Assembly: GCA_963770935.1 (NCBI GenBank)
Contig: CAVYRJ010000001.1
Coordinates: forward strand, 183,393 to 247,392
Reading direction: 5' to 3'
From: Candidatus Bathyarchaeota archaeon
GTDB lineage: Archaea; Thermoproteota; Bathyarchaeia; Bathyarchaeales; Bathycorpusculaceae
Length of the DNA: 64,000 bases
Under the pieces are notes generated by a model, which saw nothing but the letters and a program-made list of their open reading frames with translations, ran no database searches and was not told the origin of the DNA. Below, piece by piece: positions 20,197 to 30,554 of the stretch; the stretch's first letter is position 1, and every line of letters begins with the position of its first letter. The position numbers and the translations under genes are program-made.

Positions 20197-21798
20197 TTAA
20201 CTTTTACTCAATACTCTTTGCAACGCAGCGATGACGTTTTGTTTTCCCATAGCAAGTACGTATGGGCCAAGACGTGGACCCTGTGGTGCACCCATCAAAA
20301 CCTGATAGAGCACTTTGAAGAATGCGCCTGGTTTTATGTCGTTATCTTTGGCAGTGTTGAAGATGGCGTTTTGGATTTTGTCTGGTTCGTCCTCGATCTG
20401 CAGTTTGGTGACAAGTTCGGTGAGGGCTTTCTTTTCTTCGACCGTTAGTTCTACGGCGGTTTCTTTGATTTCCTCAAAGTCGCGTGTCCAGTTAAAAGCG
20501 TATTCTATTCGCTGCTTTAATCCATCGTCTAAAGTCTGGTTTTTTTGCAGGTAACCGTAGCTTTGCAGTTTCTCAGTGACATAGTCAAATAGGCATTCTT
20601 TGGGAGCCATTTTTACTAGGAACGCCATGAGGTTGTAGGGTACGTGAATGCTGGATTTGGTCGGGGGTTTCATGACATAGCAGTACAGGTATAAACCCCT
20701 GAGTTTGGCGGCTTCTTTTTCGCCGACCTGCTTTTTGCCAAAATACACATCCTCTAAAGAGTCAAGTTCGTTCATGTACGTTGGAATATCGGAGACATCC
20801 AAGGCGCGTGTGCCTACGAAACGTTTCAGCATAAGCAAAAGCAGCGATTGGGATGAACCATATTTGAACCATACTTGAGGTGTAAACACATTGCCTGCTG
20901 ACTTTGAAATTTTTTTTCCGCCCTTGTCAAGGAACATTTCGTATTTTGCATGTGATGGAGGCTCGAAACAGAGAACTTCGCGGCAAATACGGTCGTTAAT
21001 TCGTACTGAGTCAGCGATATCTTTGCCGTAAGCTTCAAACCTAATGTCAAGAGCCTTCCAGCGAGCAGCGAACTCGCTTTTCCAAGTCAGTTTACCTTCG
21101 CCGCTTTTTATATCTACCTCGCCTTCATGGCCGCAGCCGGCAATCAGTTTGCCTCGGATTTCGAGCCCTTCACATTTGTAGGAGACCTTATCGGTCTTGG
21201 GGTCATACTTGTAGGCTCTCGTCGTGTAGAGATGCCCACATTTCTCGCAAACAGCAAAATAAGGCAAAAACTCGGTGTAGGTTTCTTGGCCAACTTCTTC
21301 TTTAACGATTTCTCCGATTTTTTTGGCGTTGGTGAGTATGGTTCGAATCTCGTTTAGAAGCAGGCCTTTCTCGTAAACTTGCTTAGCAGAAAAATACGTG
21401 TATTCTATGCCGCATTTATCTAAGGCATCCAGAAGCAGTGAACTCATGTGTTTGCCGTAGCTTTCGTGGCACCCATACGGGTCAGGTATACTGGAGACAG
21501 AATACCCAAGATACTTTTCCATCTCCTTTGGGAGCCCTGCGGGAACCTTGCGCAAACCATCTTTATCGTCGCAGAAGGCAACAAGTTCAGAATTATATTT
21601 CATGTTCTTGAGTGCCAATGTAACTGCATAGCTGCGTGATGCATCGCCTAAGCTACCGATGTGGGGAAAACCTGAAGCGCCCAATCCCATTTCGGTGCGG
21701 ATTCGGCTCATGTCTCGGTTTAGAGTTTGCTCTCGTTCGATGACTTTCTTTGCCATCATGTCGTACCATGTGCCATGACCAATAGTCTCTTCACTCAT
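20197..21798 (-). CDS. lysS: Lysine--tRNA ligase, class I
   Basis: SGFPHIGS, DGLRKVP, EAYGKD and KISKSAGN motifs. Confidence 0.96.
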   Translation of the reverse strand: MSEETIGHGTWYDMMAKKVIEREQTLNRDMSRIRTEMGLGASGFPHIGSLGDASRSYAVTLALKNMKYNSELVAFCDDKDGLRKVPAGLPKEMEKYLGYSVSSIPDPYGCHESYGKHMSSLLLDALDKCGIEYTYFSAKQVYEKGLLLNEIRTILTNAKKIGEIVKEEVGQETYTEFLPYFAVCEKCGHLYTTRAYKYDPKTDKVSYKCEGLEIRGKLIAGCGHEGEVDIKSGEGKLTWKSEFAARWKALDIRFEAYGKDIADSVRINDRICREVLCFEPPSHAKYEMFLDKGGKKISKSAGNVFTPQVWFKYGSSQSLLLLMLKRFVGTRALDVSDIPTYMNELDSLEDVYFGKKQVGEKEAAKLRGLYLYCYVMKPPTKSSIHVPYNLMAFLVKMAPKECLFDYVTEKLQSYGYLQKNQTLDDGLKQRIEYAFNWTRDFEEIKETAVELTVEEKKALTELVTKLQIEDEPDKIQNAIFNTAKDNDIKPGAFFKVLYQVLMGAPQGPRLGPYVLAMGKQNVIAALQRVLSKS

Positions 21799-21872
21799 AC
21801 TGCCGCCTTCTGCATCATGACTGTAAGACGGAATAGAAAAATGTTTAGAGCCAAAAAAAGGCTCAGGCGATA

Positions 21873-22211
21873 TTATTTGCGTTTTAGTGCAGCTACGATT
21901 GAGAGAGCTGCCATAGCCAGCAGGATTACAATTAGCGAGTATAGCCAGTTAAACCCGAATAGATACCACGCAGCTCCGATGACTATTAGACCTAATCCTG
22001 CAGCCATTGTGCTGAAGCTTCCGCGTTCATATTTCTGCAGTTTGTCTGCACGCAAGCTACCTAACGCAATTGCCCATAAACCGCAAAGCACCAGTACCAC
22101 TGGAACAAACAAACCCCAGCCGATGACTCCTGCAACCGCCAGCAGTATTCCTACCACAATGATAATTAGGAATACTCCAAAGCTTAGCAGTTGACGGTCG
22201 CTATTGCTCAC
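21873..22211 (-). CDS. Small four-TM membrane protein
   Basis: Hydrophobic helices; last gene of the SPFH cluster. Confidence 0.75.
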   Translation of the reverse strand: MSNSDRQLLSFGVFLIIIVVGILLAVAGVIGWGLFVPVVLVLCGLWAIALGSLRADKLQKYERGSFSTMAAGLGLIVIGAAWYLFGFNWLYSLIVILLAMAALSIVAALKRK

Positions 22212-22221
22212 AGGGTTTCTC

Positions 22222-23199
22222 CTAACCGATTTTAAATCCGCATTCAGGGCAGAACTTGCTGTTGGCTGGGATTGATTTGCCGCAGTTTGGGCATGCCATA
22301 GCTTGTTGGGTTGGTGGTGTTAGGTTGGTTCCACAGTTGGGGCAGAATTTGCTGGTCGCCGGGACTTTTTCTCCGCATTTAGGGCAGATAACTAAAGCTG
22401 CAGCGGGGGCTGCTTGTGGTGCTCCTTGCTGATTCATGATTTGTGGGATAAGTACCATTCCTGCTCCAAGTGCTCCTGCTCCTCCTCCTTGACCAAGACT
22501 TGCTGCTGCGCTCTTGACGGTTTCCATTCGCAGCACGTCTCCTGGCGCTGTTTGTCCAGTTTTAAGCCAGAAGAGGCGTTCGCGGTATTCGGGTGTGGTA
22601 TCGATACCTTCGAAGCGAAGGTCAGTTAATTCGATGCCGACGCGTTTGAAGTAGTCGATGAGTGTGTTTTTGACGATAACTGAGGTTTCATCGAGGCGTG
22701 TGAAGACTGTGATGAGGTCGTAGTGGCTGAGTTCATCGATTATTTTTTCGTTCAGAAAGCCTCGTAGGAAGCTGTTGACTTCGTCAGTTGTATAGGCGTT
22801 TTGTCCCCCGATGACTTCGTTGACAAACAACGATGCGTCTGCGACTTTAAACCAGAATTGTCCGTAGGTTTGAAGTGGTGCGAGTTCGGTTGTTTGTGCT
22901 TTTGTACCCCATTTGCCAGCGAAAACTTTGGTGCTTATGAATAGGACTGTCGCTTTGAAGGGCTTGTTGCCGCCAAAGCCTACAAGACGAGTTAGCAGAC
23001 TTGTCAGAATGGGCAGATTAAGAGTAGTTAGGGTGTGTCTACCGGCACCAAACACGTCGTAGGCTTTGCCATCACGGAAAAACACTGCCATCTCGTATTC
23101 ATGTACGATTAACTGGGCACCCCAGGTTATGTCTTCGTTTGGGTAACGCCATACGATAGCGTCTGGACCAGCGTTTGTCCACTCTATTATTTGCGGCAT
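22222..23199 (-). CDS. SPFH/band-7 domain protein with C-terminal double Zn ribbon (YdjI-like)
   Basis: IVWRYP..QLIVHEYEMAVFFRDG..GRHTLTT; CPKCG..FCPNCG, CPNCG..FCPECG. Confidence 0.88.
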   Translation of the reverse strand: MPQIIEWTNAGPDAIVWRYPNEDITWGAQLIVHEYEMAVFFRDGKAYDVFGAGRHTLTTLNLPILTSLLTRLVGFGGNKPFKATVLFISTKVFAGKWGTKAQTTELAPLQTYGQFWFKVADASLFVNEVIGGQNAYTTDEVNSFLRGFLNEKIIDELSHYDLITVFTRLDETSVIVKNTLIDYFKRVGIELTDLRFEGIDTTPEYRERLFWLKTGQTAPGDVLRMETVKSAAASLGQGGGAGALGAGMVLIPQIMNQQGAPQAAPAAALVICPKCGEKVPATSKFCPNCGTNLTPPTQQAMACPNCGKSIPANSKFCPECGFKIG

Positions 23200-23738
23200 T
23201 ACTGTGTCACTCCCATGATTACTTCTTCTCTTTTATCAAACGTGTCTTCGAGCAACTCAAACTTGTCAGTTATGGCTTGTATTTTGTCTTTGAGATTTGA
23301 GAAGTTATTGCTCAACAACTGCAGCTTTAACTCTTCAATACTGGTTGTTAACGCGTTTACTTCGTCGAGAAGTTGGTTGTCGAAGTTTATCATCTTGTCA
23401 AGGTTGTCTTCCTTGATTTTCACTATGTCATAGAAGCCTGAGTAACCGTATGAGGCATGGTTTACTTTTTCGGTTATGCGATCCATTTTAGCGGTCAACC
23501 TATCGATGTCGGGCAAAACGTCTAGGTAACGTTTATCGGCTATTTTTTGAGCAATGCTTCTGACGTTATCTTTTCCTTTGGAGAGTTTGAGGGTTAGATT
23601 GTTCCTAATCAGTTTGTCTGATTCGCGGCGGAGTTCCTTCTCTTTGTATCCGCGGAACCCTGGAAGCGCCGCAGCTATGCGTTCTGAAAGCCTCATTTGG
23701 CTTTTTGCTTGGGCATATACATCTTTATTTTCGGTCAT
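23199..23738 (-). CDS. Conserved helical hypothetical protein
   Basis: LPGFRGYKEKELRRESDKL, YGYSGFYD; abuts the SPFH gene. Confidence 0.8.
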   Translation of the reverse strand: MTENKDVYAQAKSQMRLSERIAAALPGFRGYKEKELRRESDKLIRNNLTLKLSKGKDNVRSIAQKIADKRYLDVLPDIDRLTAKMDRITEKVNHASYGYSGFYDIVKIKEDNLDKMINFDNQLLDEVNALTTSIEELKLQLLSNNFSNLKDKIQAITDKFELLEDTFDKREEVIMGVTQ

Positions 23739-23807
23739 TTCCTAAATCCTCCAATATTTGTATTCCGTTATAAAAAAGAGCTTGCTTTTAAAGTTTATTA
23801 AAACAAA

Positions 23808-24551
23808 TTAGAACTTGGAAGAGGGGATATCGCCCTTTAAAACTGTACCCGTTGCACCATCAACTATCATCTGGTAAACGTTGCCCTTGTATTCGTACTT
23901 TATGAACCAAATAGGCGCATGTAAGTAAACCATCTGTTCCAAATCAATGGTAGTGGTGGCTTCTACGATTTTATCGATGTCCTGCTGAAGCAGAAACCGA
24001 TGCAGCGCTTCAATTTGCTGCTTAGCAATCTCTAAGGCTTCATCGCGGGTCATTTCACTGTTTAGCAATTTGGCGAAGCCTTCGATTTTCCTGAAATCGT
24101 ACGGGATTTTTCCTGTTAAGGGAACATTGTATTCTCGGGTGGGGAAGCCAGAAGCTTCTCGAGCTAAAACCAGCCAGTTGTATTCTTTCTGGATTTGTCC
24201 TTCTTTCACAATCGCGGGGGATATTCGCTCGAAAATTCCTTTGTACTTGGTTGCAGCTTGGGCGGAAACAATCCAAAAGGGCAAATAAACCAGTTTTTTT
24301 TCGGTTAATTTAGCTTTTTTTGCTAAATCTCCAGGTTTCATGAAACCCGAGCGCATCCAATCGCGCACTACTCCCTCCACTTGCTCTTCCGAATAGCTGT
24401 TTAGCATTAAGGAATGCTCAAAAGTAAAGGCTTGCCCAGTCTCAATTACTGTTGTGAAGCCGCAGTATTTGCAGGTAGCCACCAGCTCACCTGGCTTAAA
24501 CTCGACTGGGGCACCGCAATGTGAACACTTTATGTTCTGAGCTATTGCCAT
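23808..24551 (-). CDS. Zn-ribbon protein (YdjG-like)
   Basis: CSHCGAP..CKYCG, YLPFW and VDGATGTV motifs. Confidence 0.8.
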   Translation of the reverse strand: MAIAQNIKCSHCGAPVEFKPGELVATCKYCGFTTVIETGQAFTFEHSLMLNSYSEEQVEGVVRDWMRSGFMKPGDLAKKAKLTEKKLVYLPFWIVSAQAATKYKGIFERISPAIVKEGQIQKEYNWLVLAREASGFPTREYNVPLTGKIPYDFRKIEGFAKLLNSEMTRDEALEIAKQQIEALHRFLLQQDIDKIVEATTTIDLEQMVYLHAPIWFIKYEYKGNVYQMIVDGATGTVLKGDIPSSKF

Positions 24552-24556
24552 GCTGA

Positions 24557-25942
24557 TTAAGCCTTCAGTAGTTTTTCTCGTTTAAGGATTTCTCTTGCAA
24601 CGATAACTCCTGAAGCTGATGCCTGGATTAGCCCTCGTGTGACTCCTGCGCCATCGCCGATAGTGAACATGTTCTTGATTTTTGATTCTAAAGCGTTGTT
24701 TAGTTGCAGGTGTGAGGAGTAGAATTTGACTTCGACGCCATAGAGTAGTGTTTCAGGTGAAGCAACGCCTGGCGCGATTTTGTCTAATGCTTGAAGCATT
24801 TCCCGTATGTCAGTGAGGTAGCGGTAAGGTAGCACGAAGCTTAAGTCGCCTGGAGTGGCGTTTTTGAGGGTCGGCGTAACCACGCTATGGGATAATCGTT
24901 CAGGTGTGGAACGACGACCATGATTCAAATCGCCAAGCCGCTGAACCATTACACCACCGCTTAGTAGGTTGGAGAGTCTTGCCACGTATTTGCCGTAGGC
25001 GATTGGTTCTTTGAAAGGTTCAGTAAAAGAGGTACTCACGAGGATAGCGAAGTTGGTGTTGTTTGTTCTTGTTTCCGCATGGCTACCCCCGTTGACCGTT
25101 AAGACACCATCGTAGGATTCTGTGGTAACCTCTCCGTAGGGTGAAACACAGAAAGTGCGCACCATATCATCAAAATCCCGTGAATAATAAACCAGTTTTG
25201 GCTCGTAGAGTGCTTTAGTTAGTTTCTCCATAACAGAAGCCAAAAGCTCAACCCGCACACCGATGTCCACTGGGTTATTTACTGTTTTTAACCCGCGGAT
25301 TTGAGCTTCAGTCTGAAGCCATTCTGCTCCGCTTCTTCCAGGAGCAATTATCACGTATTTGCCGTAGAATTTCTCGCCGTTTACGGTTTCGACACCTTGA
25401 ATAGTATGATTTTCTGCGATTAACCCTTTCACGTCGGTTTTTGGTTGGAAAGTGATTTTGCCGTTGAGTGCTCTGCGCATTCGTTGCAGGGTTTCGAGAC
25501 ATTTGTCGGTGCCCATATGGCGGACTTCTTGCTTGATAAGTTTTAATCCCGCAAGTGACGCTTGGCGTTCGATTTCATCTATTTCCGAGTTTTCTCCGCC
25601 AAAAACTTGTTCACTGGCGCCGAATTTGATGTAGATGCTGTCACAGTACTTTACAAGTTCAGCTAATTCTTTAGTTGAAACATACTGGTTTAGCCATCCG
25701 CCAACCTCTGTTGATAAGGTAAGTTTGCCGTCACTGTAGGCACCTGCGCCTCCCCATCCCGAGAGAACGGAGCAAGGTTCACAATGGACACATTCGAAGC
25801 CTCGGCTTGAGGGGCACTTACGTTTATCAATGTCGAGTCCTCGGTCAAGTATTAAGACGTTGAGGTTTGTTTTCTCTGTTAGTTCTAGCGCTGAGAAGAT
25901 GCCTGCTGGACCTGCGCCCACGATTATTACATCATATTTCAA
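24557..25942 (-). CDS. FAD/NAD(P)-dependent oxidoreductase (uncharacterised family)
   Basis: GAGPAG, GGAGAYSDGKL, DIGVRVE and GDGAGVTRG motifs. Confidence 0.9.
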   Translation of the reverse strand: MKYDVIIVGAGPAGIFSALELTEKTNLNVLILDRGLDIDKRKCPSSRGFECVHCEPCSVLSGWGGAGAYSDGKLTLSTEVGGWLNQYVSTKELAELVKYCDSIYIKFGASEQVFGGENSEIDEIERQASLAGLKLIKQEVRHMGTDKCLETLQRMRRALNGKITFQPKTDVKGLIAENHTIQGVETVNGEKFYGKYVIIAPGRSGAEWLQTEAQIRGLKTVNNPVDIGVRVELLASVMEKLTKALYEPKLVYYSRDFDDMVRTFCVSPYGEVTTESYDGVLTVNGGSHAETRTNNTNFAILVSTSFTEPFKEPIAYGKYVARLSNLLSGGVMVQRLGDLNHGRRSTPERLSHSVVTPTLKNATPGDLSFVLPYRYLTDIREMLQALDKIAPGVASPETLLYGVEVKFYSSHLQLNNALESKIKNMFTIGDGAGVTRGLIQASASGVIVAREILKREKLLKA

Positions 25943-26244
25943 GGACCTTTACCCCCTTGGAACCCAAAGTTAGATGCAACAACTAGCATATATTTTTAGC
26001 TGCAGCGCTTCAAACAGCAAGCAAGTTATTCTTCGGCGTGATGTGTTAAGCACAAGGACTTTAGTTTTTTTTGCAAGTGTTTTTGAATTGATGGTGCAGC
26101 ATTCGGCTTTTTCTGTTTGACCGTTTTTTGATTGAATATTTTCACTGTGTCCATATTCTTCTCTAAAGTAATCATGTGTATTTTTAAGATATATCTAATA
26201 AACATTTAATACAGAATACTTCCCATAAACTAAAGCGAACACCA

Positions 26245-26715
26245 ATGCCCAAAGAACCCCAATCCGAAAACATTGATGATTTAATCAGCGACTTCTCACG
26301 TTTCTACATACTCATAATACTCTACGAAAAACCAGTCCACGGCTACAGCATAATCAGCCAATTCAAAAAACGGATCAAAAAAGAAATCAGTCCAAGCCTA
26401 GTCTACCCCTTCCTACAACTACTCGAAGAAAAAGGCTTAGTCACGCACACCAAAAAGTCCATTGGCAAGAAAGAAAGAAAAATCTTCCAACTCACAGAAG
26501 AAGGCAGAGAGTTATGTAAAGGGCTCTTCAAGCGTTTCGCTGAGTTGGTAGCAATTGCCATTGAACCAAGTCTCTATGTCTGCGCCCATTGCGGCTGTAA
26601 AGTCTACGAGGGCGGCTACCGAGAAGTCATCGAGAGCAAAGAAATGGCGTTTTGCTGCATGCACTGCGCCCGCTCGTATAAAGAAGTTAAGAAGTTAGTT
26701 AGACAATCGAAGTAA
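26245..26715 (+). CDS. PadR-family regulator with C-terminal TRASH/YHS-like metal-binding domain
   Basis: HGYSII..VYPFLQLLEEKGLV..LTEEG; CAHCG...FCCMHC. Confidence 0.88.
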   Translation: MPKEPQSENIDDLISDFSRFYILIILYEKPVHGYSIISQFKKRIKKEISPSLVYPFLQLLEEKGLVTHTKKSIGKKERKIFQLTEEGRELCKGLFKRFAELVAIAIEPSLYVCAHCGCKVYEGGYREVIESKEMAFCCMHCARSYKEVKKLVRQSK

Positions 26716-26799
26716 GTCGGTAAAGTGCAGTAAAATCACTATCAACCCTTTTCGCCAATCAAAATTTATTTACAATTTTCAGCCAATTTATCTACGCAA

Positions 26800-26872
26800 T
26801 AATTTAATATACTTCTAGCGAAGATACCGCTTTGGTCAGGCAGGGCAATCACTCAATAGTTATGCCTTGCCT
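26800..26872 (+). promoter_or_regulatory. Conserved promoter block plus 5' stem-loop of beta-propeller gene
   Basis: TAATTTAATATACTTCTAGC then AGGCAGGGCA-ATCACTCAATAGTTA-TGCCTTGCCT. Confidence 0.75.
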
Positions 26873-26894
26873 AAAGAATCAGGAGAAAGGAAAA

Positions 26895-29489
26895 ATGCAA
26901 AATGTAAAAAAATTTTTGACTTCTTTGATTGCTTTAATACTGATGTTATCAATGACGATTCCGCTCGTTGAACTACCGGCTGCTACTGCACATGACCCTC
27001 CATGGGTTTATCCCACATGGTGTTATTGCGTTGTAGTAAATAATGTCATAGGCGTAGGACAAACCGAGAAGATAATTCTTTGGGTTAACAGTATCCCACC
27101 TACAGCTAACGGTCAATACGGTGACAGATGGAAATTTACAATCGATATAATGAAACCAGATGGAACAAACGATACCATAGGACCTATCGAATCGGATCCA
27201 GTAGGAAGTGTATACACTATGTATGTACCTGCTGAACCAGGCAATTACTCAGTTGTAGTAAAGTTTCCTACAACTACATTAACTGGCCTGCCTAAGAAAC
27301 CCGGTGTACCCGATACTCAACAATCTGGTTACGCAAATATCAACGACACATATCTGGCAAGCAAAAGCGACCCCGTTTCTTTCTATGTACAGGAAGAACC
27401 CATAACACTTTGGCCGGAAACCCCTCTTCCGACAGAGTATTGGGCACGTCCTATCAATACTGCAAACATATACTGGTACACGCTCGCAGGTAACTGGTTA
27501 GGAGGAGCAGCTCAAAACGTTGGACCAACAACCAATTTCGGTTACGGCAATGCGCCAGAAAGTCCACACGTAATGTGGACTACACCTGCATTTACAGGTG
27601 GTCTAATGGACGCCCGGTTCGGAGACTATACTTACGTAACATCCCACTATGAAGGTCTTGGTTTCTCGCCATACATACTAGACGGAAAGATTTTCTTCAA
27701 CTCACCTAACCCTCAGATGAGGGAAGGATGGTACTGCCTTGATTTATACACTGGCAATCAACTATATTTCCATAATAACACTGGTCCCGTTTCAGGCTCA
27801 GGCGGCGGATTCGATGCACATGGAAGTATTAGTCAAGGATCGCTGGCGTTTGCACAAATATATGACCCCGAGTTAGCAAACCAAATGGGAGGCTACCCGT
27901 ACCTATGGAGTACCACTGCACCAACCTCAAACACTTGGCTAATGTATGATGCTTATACTGGCAACTACATCTGCAGCATAGCTAATGTATCAGCGAGTGG
28001 CACCGCGGTTTATGCAAAAGATGGAAGTATTTTGCGCTATAACATTGCAGGCACAGGTGCCAATACACGTTTAACGGTGTGGAATACAACACAAGCAATC
28101 TGGTGGAAAGGAACACAACAAATGTACCAAAACGGCGATTACTCTGGCTTCTCAGGCAACAATTATGCAAGTTGGCGACCTTACCTCAACTACACTTTTG
28201 ATGGGAGCCATGGATTTTCATTAAACGTAAGCATACCTGCTATACAAGGTTCAATTCGCGCGGTACGGGAAGATCAATTCGTAATCGGTGGAACAACAGG
28301 AAGTAACAATGAAAACGGCATAACAAAGGGGCACTTATGGGCACTGAATTTGGATCCAACAAAAGGCGCAATGGGTTCATTACTTTGGAACGTATCTTTC
28401 ACCCCGCCCTCTTCGGCTGGCAACAAAACCATAAGCATGGGAACCGTTGACCCAGAAGATAACGTGTTCCTGTTTGCGTGTACACAGACTAGAACAAGGT
28501 GGGGCTTCAGCCTAGAAACTGGAGAACAACTATGGGAAAGTGAGCCAGAAGAACAAATGAAGTACTACGGCATGGGCAACACCAACATTTACCAAGGCAA
28601 ACTAATTTCAGGCACGTATCTCAATGGTGGAATATTGATTTGCTATGACATAAAAACTGGCGAAATCCTCTGGAAATACGAACCAGTCAACATAGGAACA
28701 GAGTCTCCTTTCGGAGATTATCCTGCACAGTTGGCATGCATTGCAGACGGCAAAATTTTCATCTATTCAAGTCCTCTTTGGCGCACTCAGCCGTTATGGC
28801 GTGGCTCATATCTACGTTGCATCAACGCATCAAATGGTGCAGAGCTTTGGAAAGTTTTGCATTATGGGTCTGTCGTCATAGCCGATGGTTTACTTGTAGG
28901 CCTCAATTTTTATGACAACCGAATATACTGCTACGGCAAAGGTCCAAGCGCATTAACTGTCACAGCACCAGATGTTGGAATAGAACTAGGAAAATCATTG
29001 GTAATTCGCGGCACAGTTAAGGATGTTTCAGTGGGCACCAAGCAACATGAGCAGATCTCTCGATTCCCCAACGGCGTTCCAGCGGTTTCAGACGAAAGCC
29101 AACAACCATGGATGGAGTACATATATGAACAGCAATCCCGACCCGCAAACGCGACAGGCGTTCCAGTAACGGTAGACGTTATAGATTCCAACGGAAACTA
29201 CAGAAACATAGGACAAACAAACAGCGATGCAAATGGAATGTTTACTCTAACATGGACGCCGGACATAGAAGGCTCATACACCGTCTATGCAACTTTCGCT
29301 GGCTCAAAATCCTATTGGCCATCATCTGCCGAAACCAGTTTCTCAGTCGACACTGCACCACCAACGCCATCTCCTTACCCCGTAACTACATTGCCCCCAA
29401 CTGAAACGTACATCTTAGGCATAGGAATTGCAATAATCTTAGCCATAGCCATAGCTACCCTAGTAATTATCAGAAGTGTAAAAAAGTAG
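26895..29489 (+). CDS. Secreted PQQ-like beta-propeller repeat protein with Ig-like domains and C-terminal TM anchor (intact)
   Basis: ATG 26895 after a purine-rich RBS, signal peptide, repeated D/N-x-x-TG-x-x-x-W blades, Pro/Thr linker, TM helix and basic tail. Confidence 0.92.
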   Translation: MQNVKKFLTSLIALILMLSMTIPLVELPAATAHDPPWVYPTWCYCVVVNNVIGVGQTEKIILWVNSIPPTANGQYGDRWKFTIDIMKPDGTNDTIGPIESDPVGSVYTMYVPAEPGNYSVVVKFPTTTLTGLPKKPGVPDTQQSGYANINDTYLASKSDPVSFYVQEEPITLWPETPLPTEYWARPINTANIYWYTLAGNWLGGAAQNVGPTTNFGYGNAPESPHVMWTTPAFTGGLMDARFGDYTYVTSHYEGLGFSPYILDGKIFFNSPNPQMREGWYCLDLYTGNQLYFHNNTGPVSGSGGGFDAHGSISQGSLAFAQIYDPELANQMGGYPYLWSTTAPTSNTWLMYDAYTGNYICSIANVSASGTAVYAKDGSILRYNIAGTGANTRLTVWNTTQAIWWKGTQQMYQNGDYSGFSGNNYASWRPYLNYTFDGSHGFSLNVSIPAIQGSIRAVREDQFVIGGTTGSNNENGITKGHLWALNLDPTKGAMGSLLWNVSFTPPSSAGNKTISMGTVDPEDNVFLFACTQTRTRWGFSLETGEQLWESEPEEQMKYYGMGNTNIYQGKLISGTYLNGGILICYDIKTGEILWKYEPVNIGTESPFGDYPAQLACIADGKIFIYSSPLWRTQPLWRGSYLRCINASNGAELWKVLHYGSVVIADGLLVGLNFYDNRIYCYGKGPSALTVTAPDVGIELGKSLVIRGTVKDVSVGTKQHEQISRFPNGVPAVSDESQQPWMEYIYEQQSRPANATGVPVTVDVIDSNGNYRNIGQTNSDANGMFTLTWTPDIEGSYTVYATFAGSKSYWPSSAETSFSVDTAPPTPSPYPVTTLPPTETYILGIGIAIILAIAIATLVIIRSVKK

Positions 29490-29820
29490 TAGCCAAAAAA
29501 CTACAATCAACATTCCCTTTTTTTAAGGTCCCACAATCAACAGATGAGCACTAAGCGGTTTTGGGGGTTCAATTCTTTGCTAAAAGAAGTGGTTTTTTCA
29601 TCCGCATTCTAGTTTTTGATTGCTACTGTATAGTTAAATGGCAAATCGCCGTAAATCTTTTTAATTCACGCTATGTTACCTGATAATATTCATTTCACCG
29701 AAAAATCAAATGGTTAATAAAACAGCTTCTCTTTTTTAAATCCAGAATCAAGAATTATAAGAGACCCTTTTAAAAGCATCCGAAAACTCAATTAAAAAAG
29801 TAGTCTTAAAACACTCTAAA

Positions 29821-30099
29821 TTAGTCTTTTATGGCTTCGATGAAGCTCATTACGTTCCATAGTTTAACCCTTGTGTAGGGCGGCATGTTTGGGTCTTGCA
29901 AAATCTCATCTAGCATTGACACGGCGTTTGAAGCTCTAACTGCAGGAGTATATTCGGCGCTTTGCAGGGCGCTCATTGCGTCTTTTGCGGAACGGCGAAT
30001 GTTTCGTGGAGTCGTACTATCTTCTGAGACCTCGCCAAGAACAACTAATGCTTGCTTAATCTTTGCTTCATACTCTTCAGTTTTTTTCTTGCGCACCAT
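29821..30099 (-). CDS. UPF0147 family protein
   Basis: DSTTPRNIRR...DPNMPPYTR motif. Confidence 0.9.
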   Translation of the reverse strand: MVRKKKTEEYEAKIKQALVVLGEVSEDSTTPRNIRRSAKDAMSALQSAEYTPAVRASNAVSMLDEILQDPNMPPYTRVKLWNVMSFIEAIKD

Positions 30100-30164
30100 A
30101 AATAGTTCCCCTTTAATGCACCTTGGCAGTGACCAAGTTATATAAGCATTGAGACGTATTTACT

Positions 30165-30542
30165 TTGGGGTTCTACATGCAACCAAGACCAGATAACACA
30201 CTTGTTAAGCGAGGGGCAAACCTGCTGCTGCAAGGCGCCGCTTTAACTGACCTCGCATGTCCAGTCTGCTCATCCCCGCTGTTTAGGCTAAAAGATGGCA
30301 CCCTCTGGTGCGCGAAGGATGAAAAGAAAGTAATTGTCGTTAGAGAAGGGCAAGAACCACCCAAACAAACCACGACACCAAACACAGCCTACGACAAACT
30401 AGAAGCAACGTTGATGGCGAAGATACAGGACATTCAAGGAAAGATTGAAAAAACCCAAGACATGGATGAATTACAAAAACTCACCCAATCGCTCGACCAA
30501 TTGCTAAATAGCGTTGAAAAGATTAAAAAAATGAAAGCTTGA
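30165..30542 (+). CDS. UPF0148 / Sjogren-scleroderma autoantigen 1-like Zn-ribbon protein
   Basis: LLLQGA..CPVCSSPLFRL; divergent from UPF0147 as is usual in archaea. Confidence 0.85.
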   Translation: MGFYMQPRPDNTLVKRGANLLLQGAALTDLACPVCSSPLFRLKDGTLWCAKDEKKVIVVREGQEPPKQTTTPNTAYDKLEATLMAKIQDIQGKIEKTQDMDELQKLTQSLDQLLNSVEKIKKMKA

Positions 30543-30554
30543 GCACGAGCAAAT

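Noticed and set aside
16023-29489. Diversity-generating retroelement acting on beta-propeller genes
   Set aside because: No reverse transcriptase and no near-identical TR/VR pair seen; paralogs diverge along their whole length
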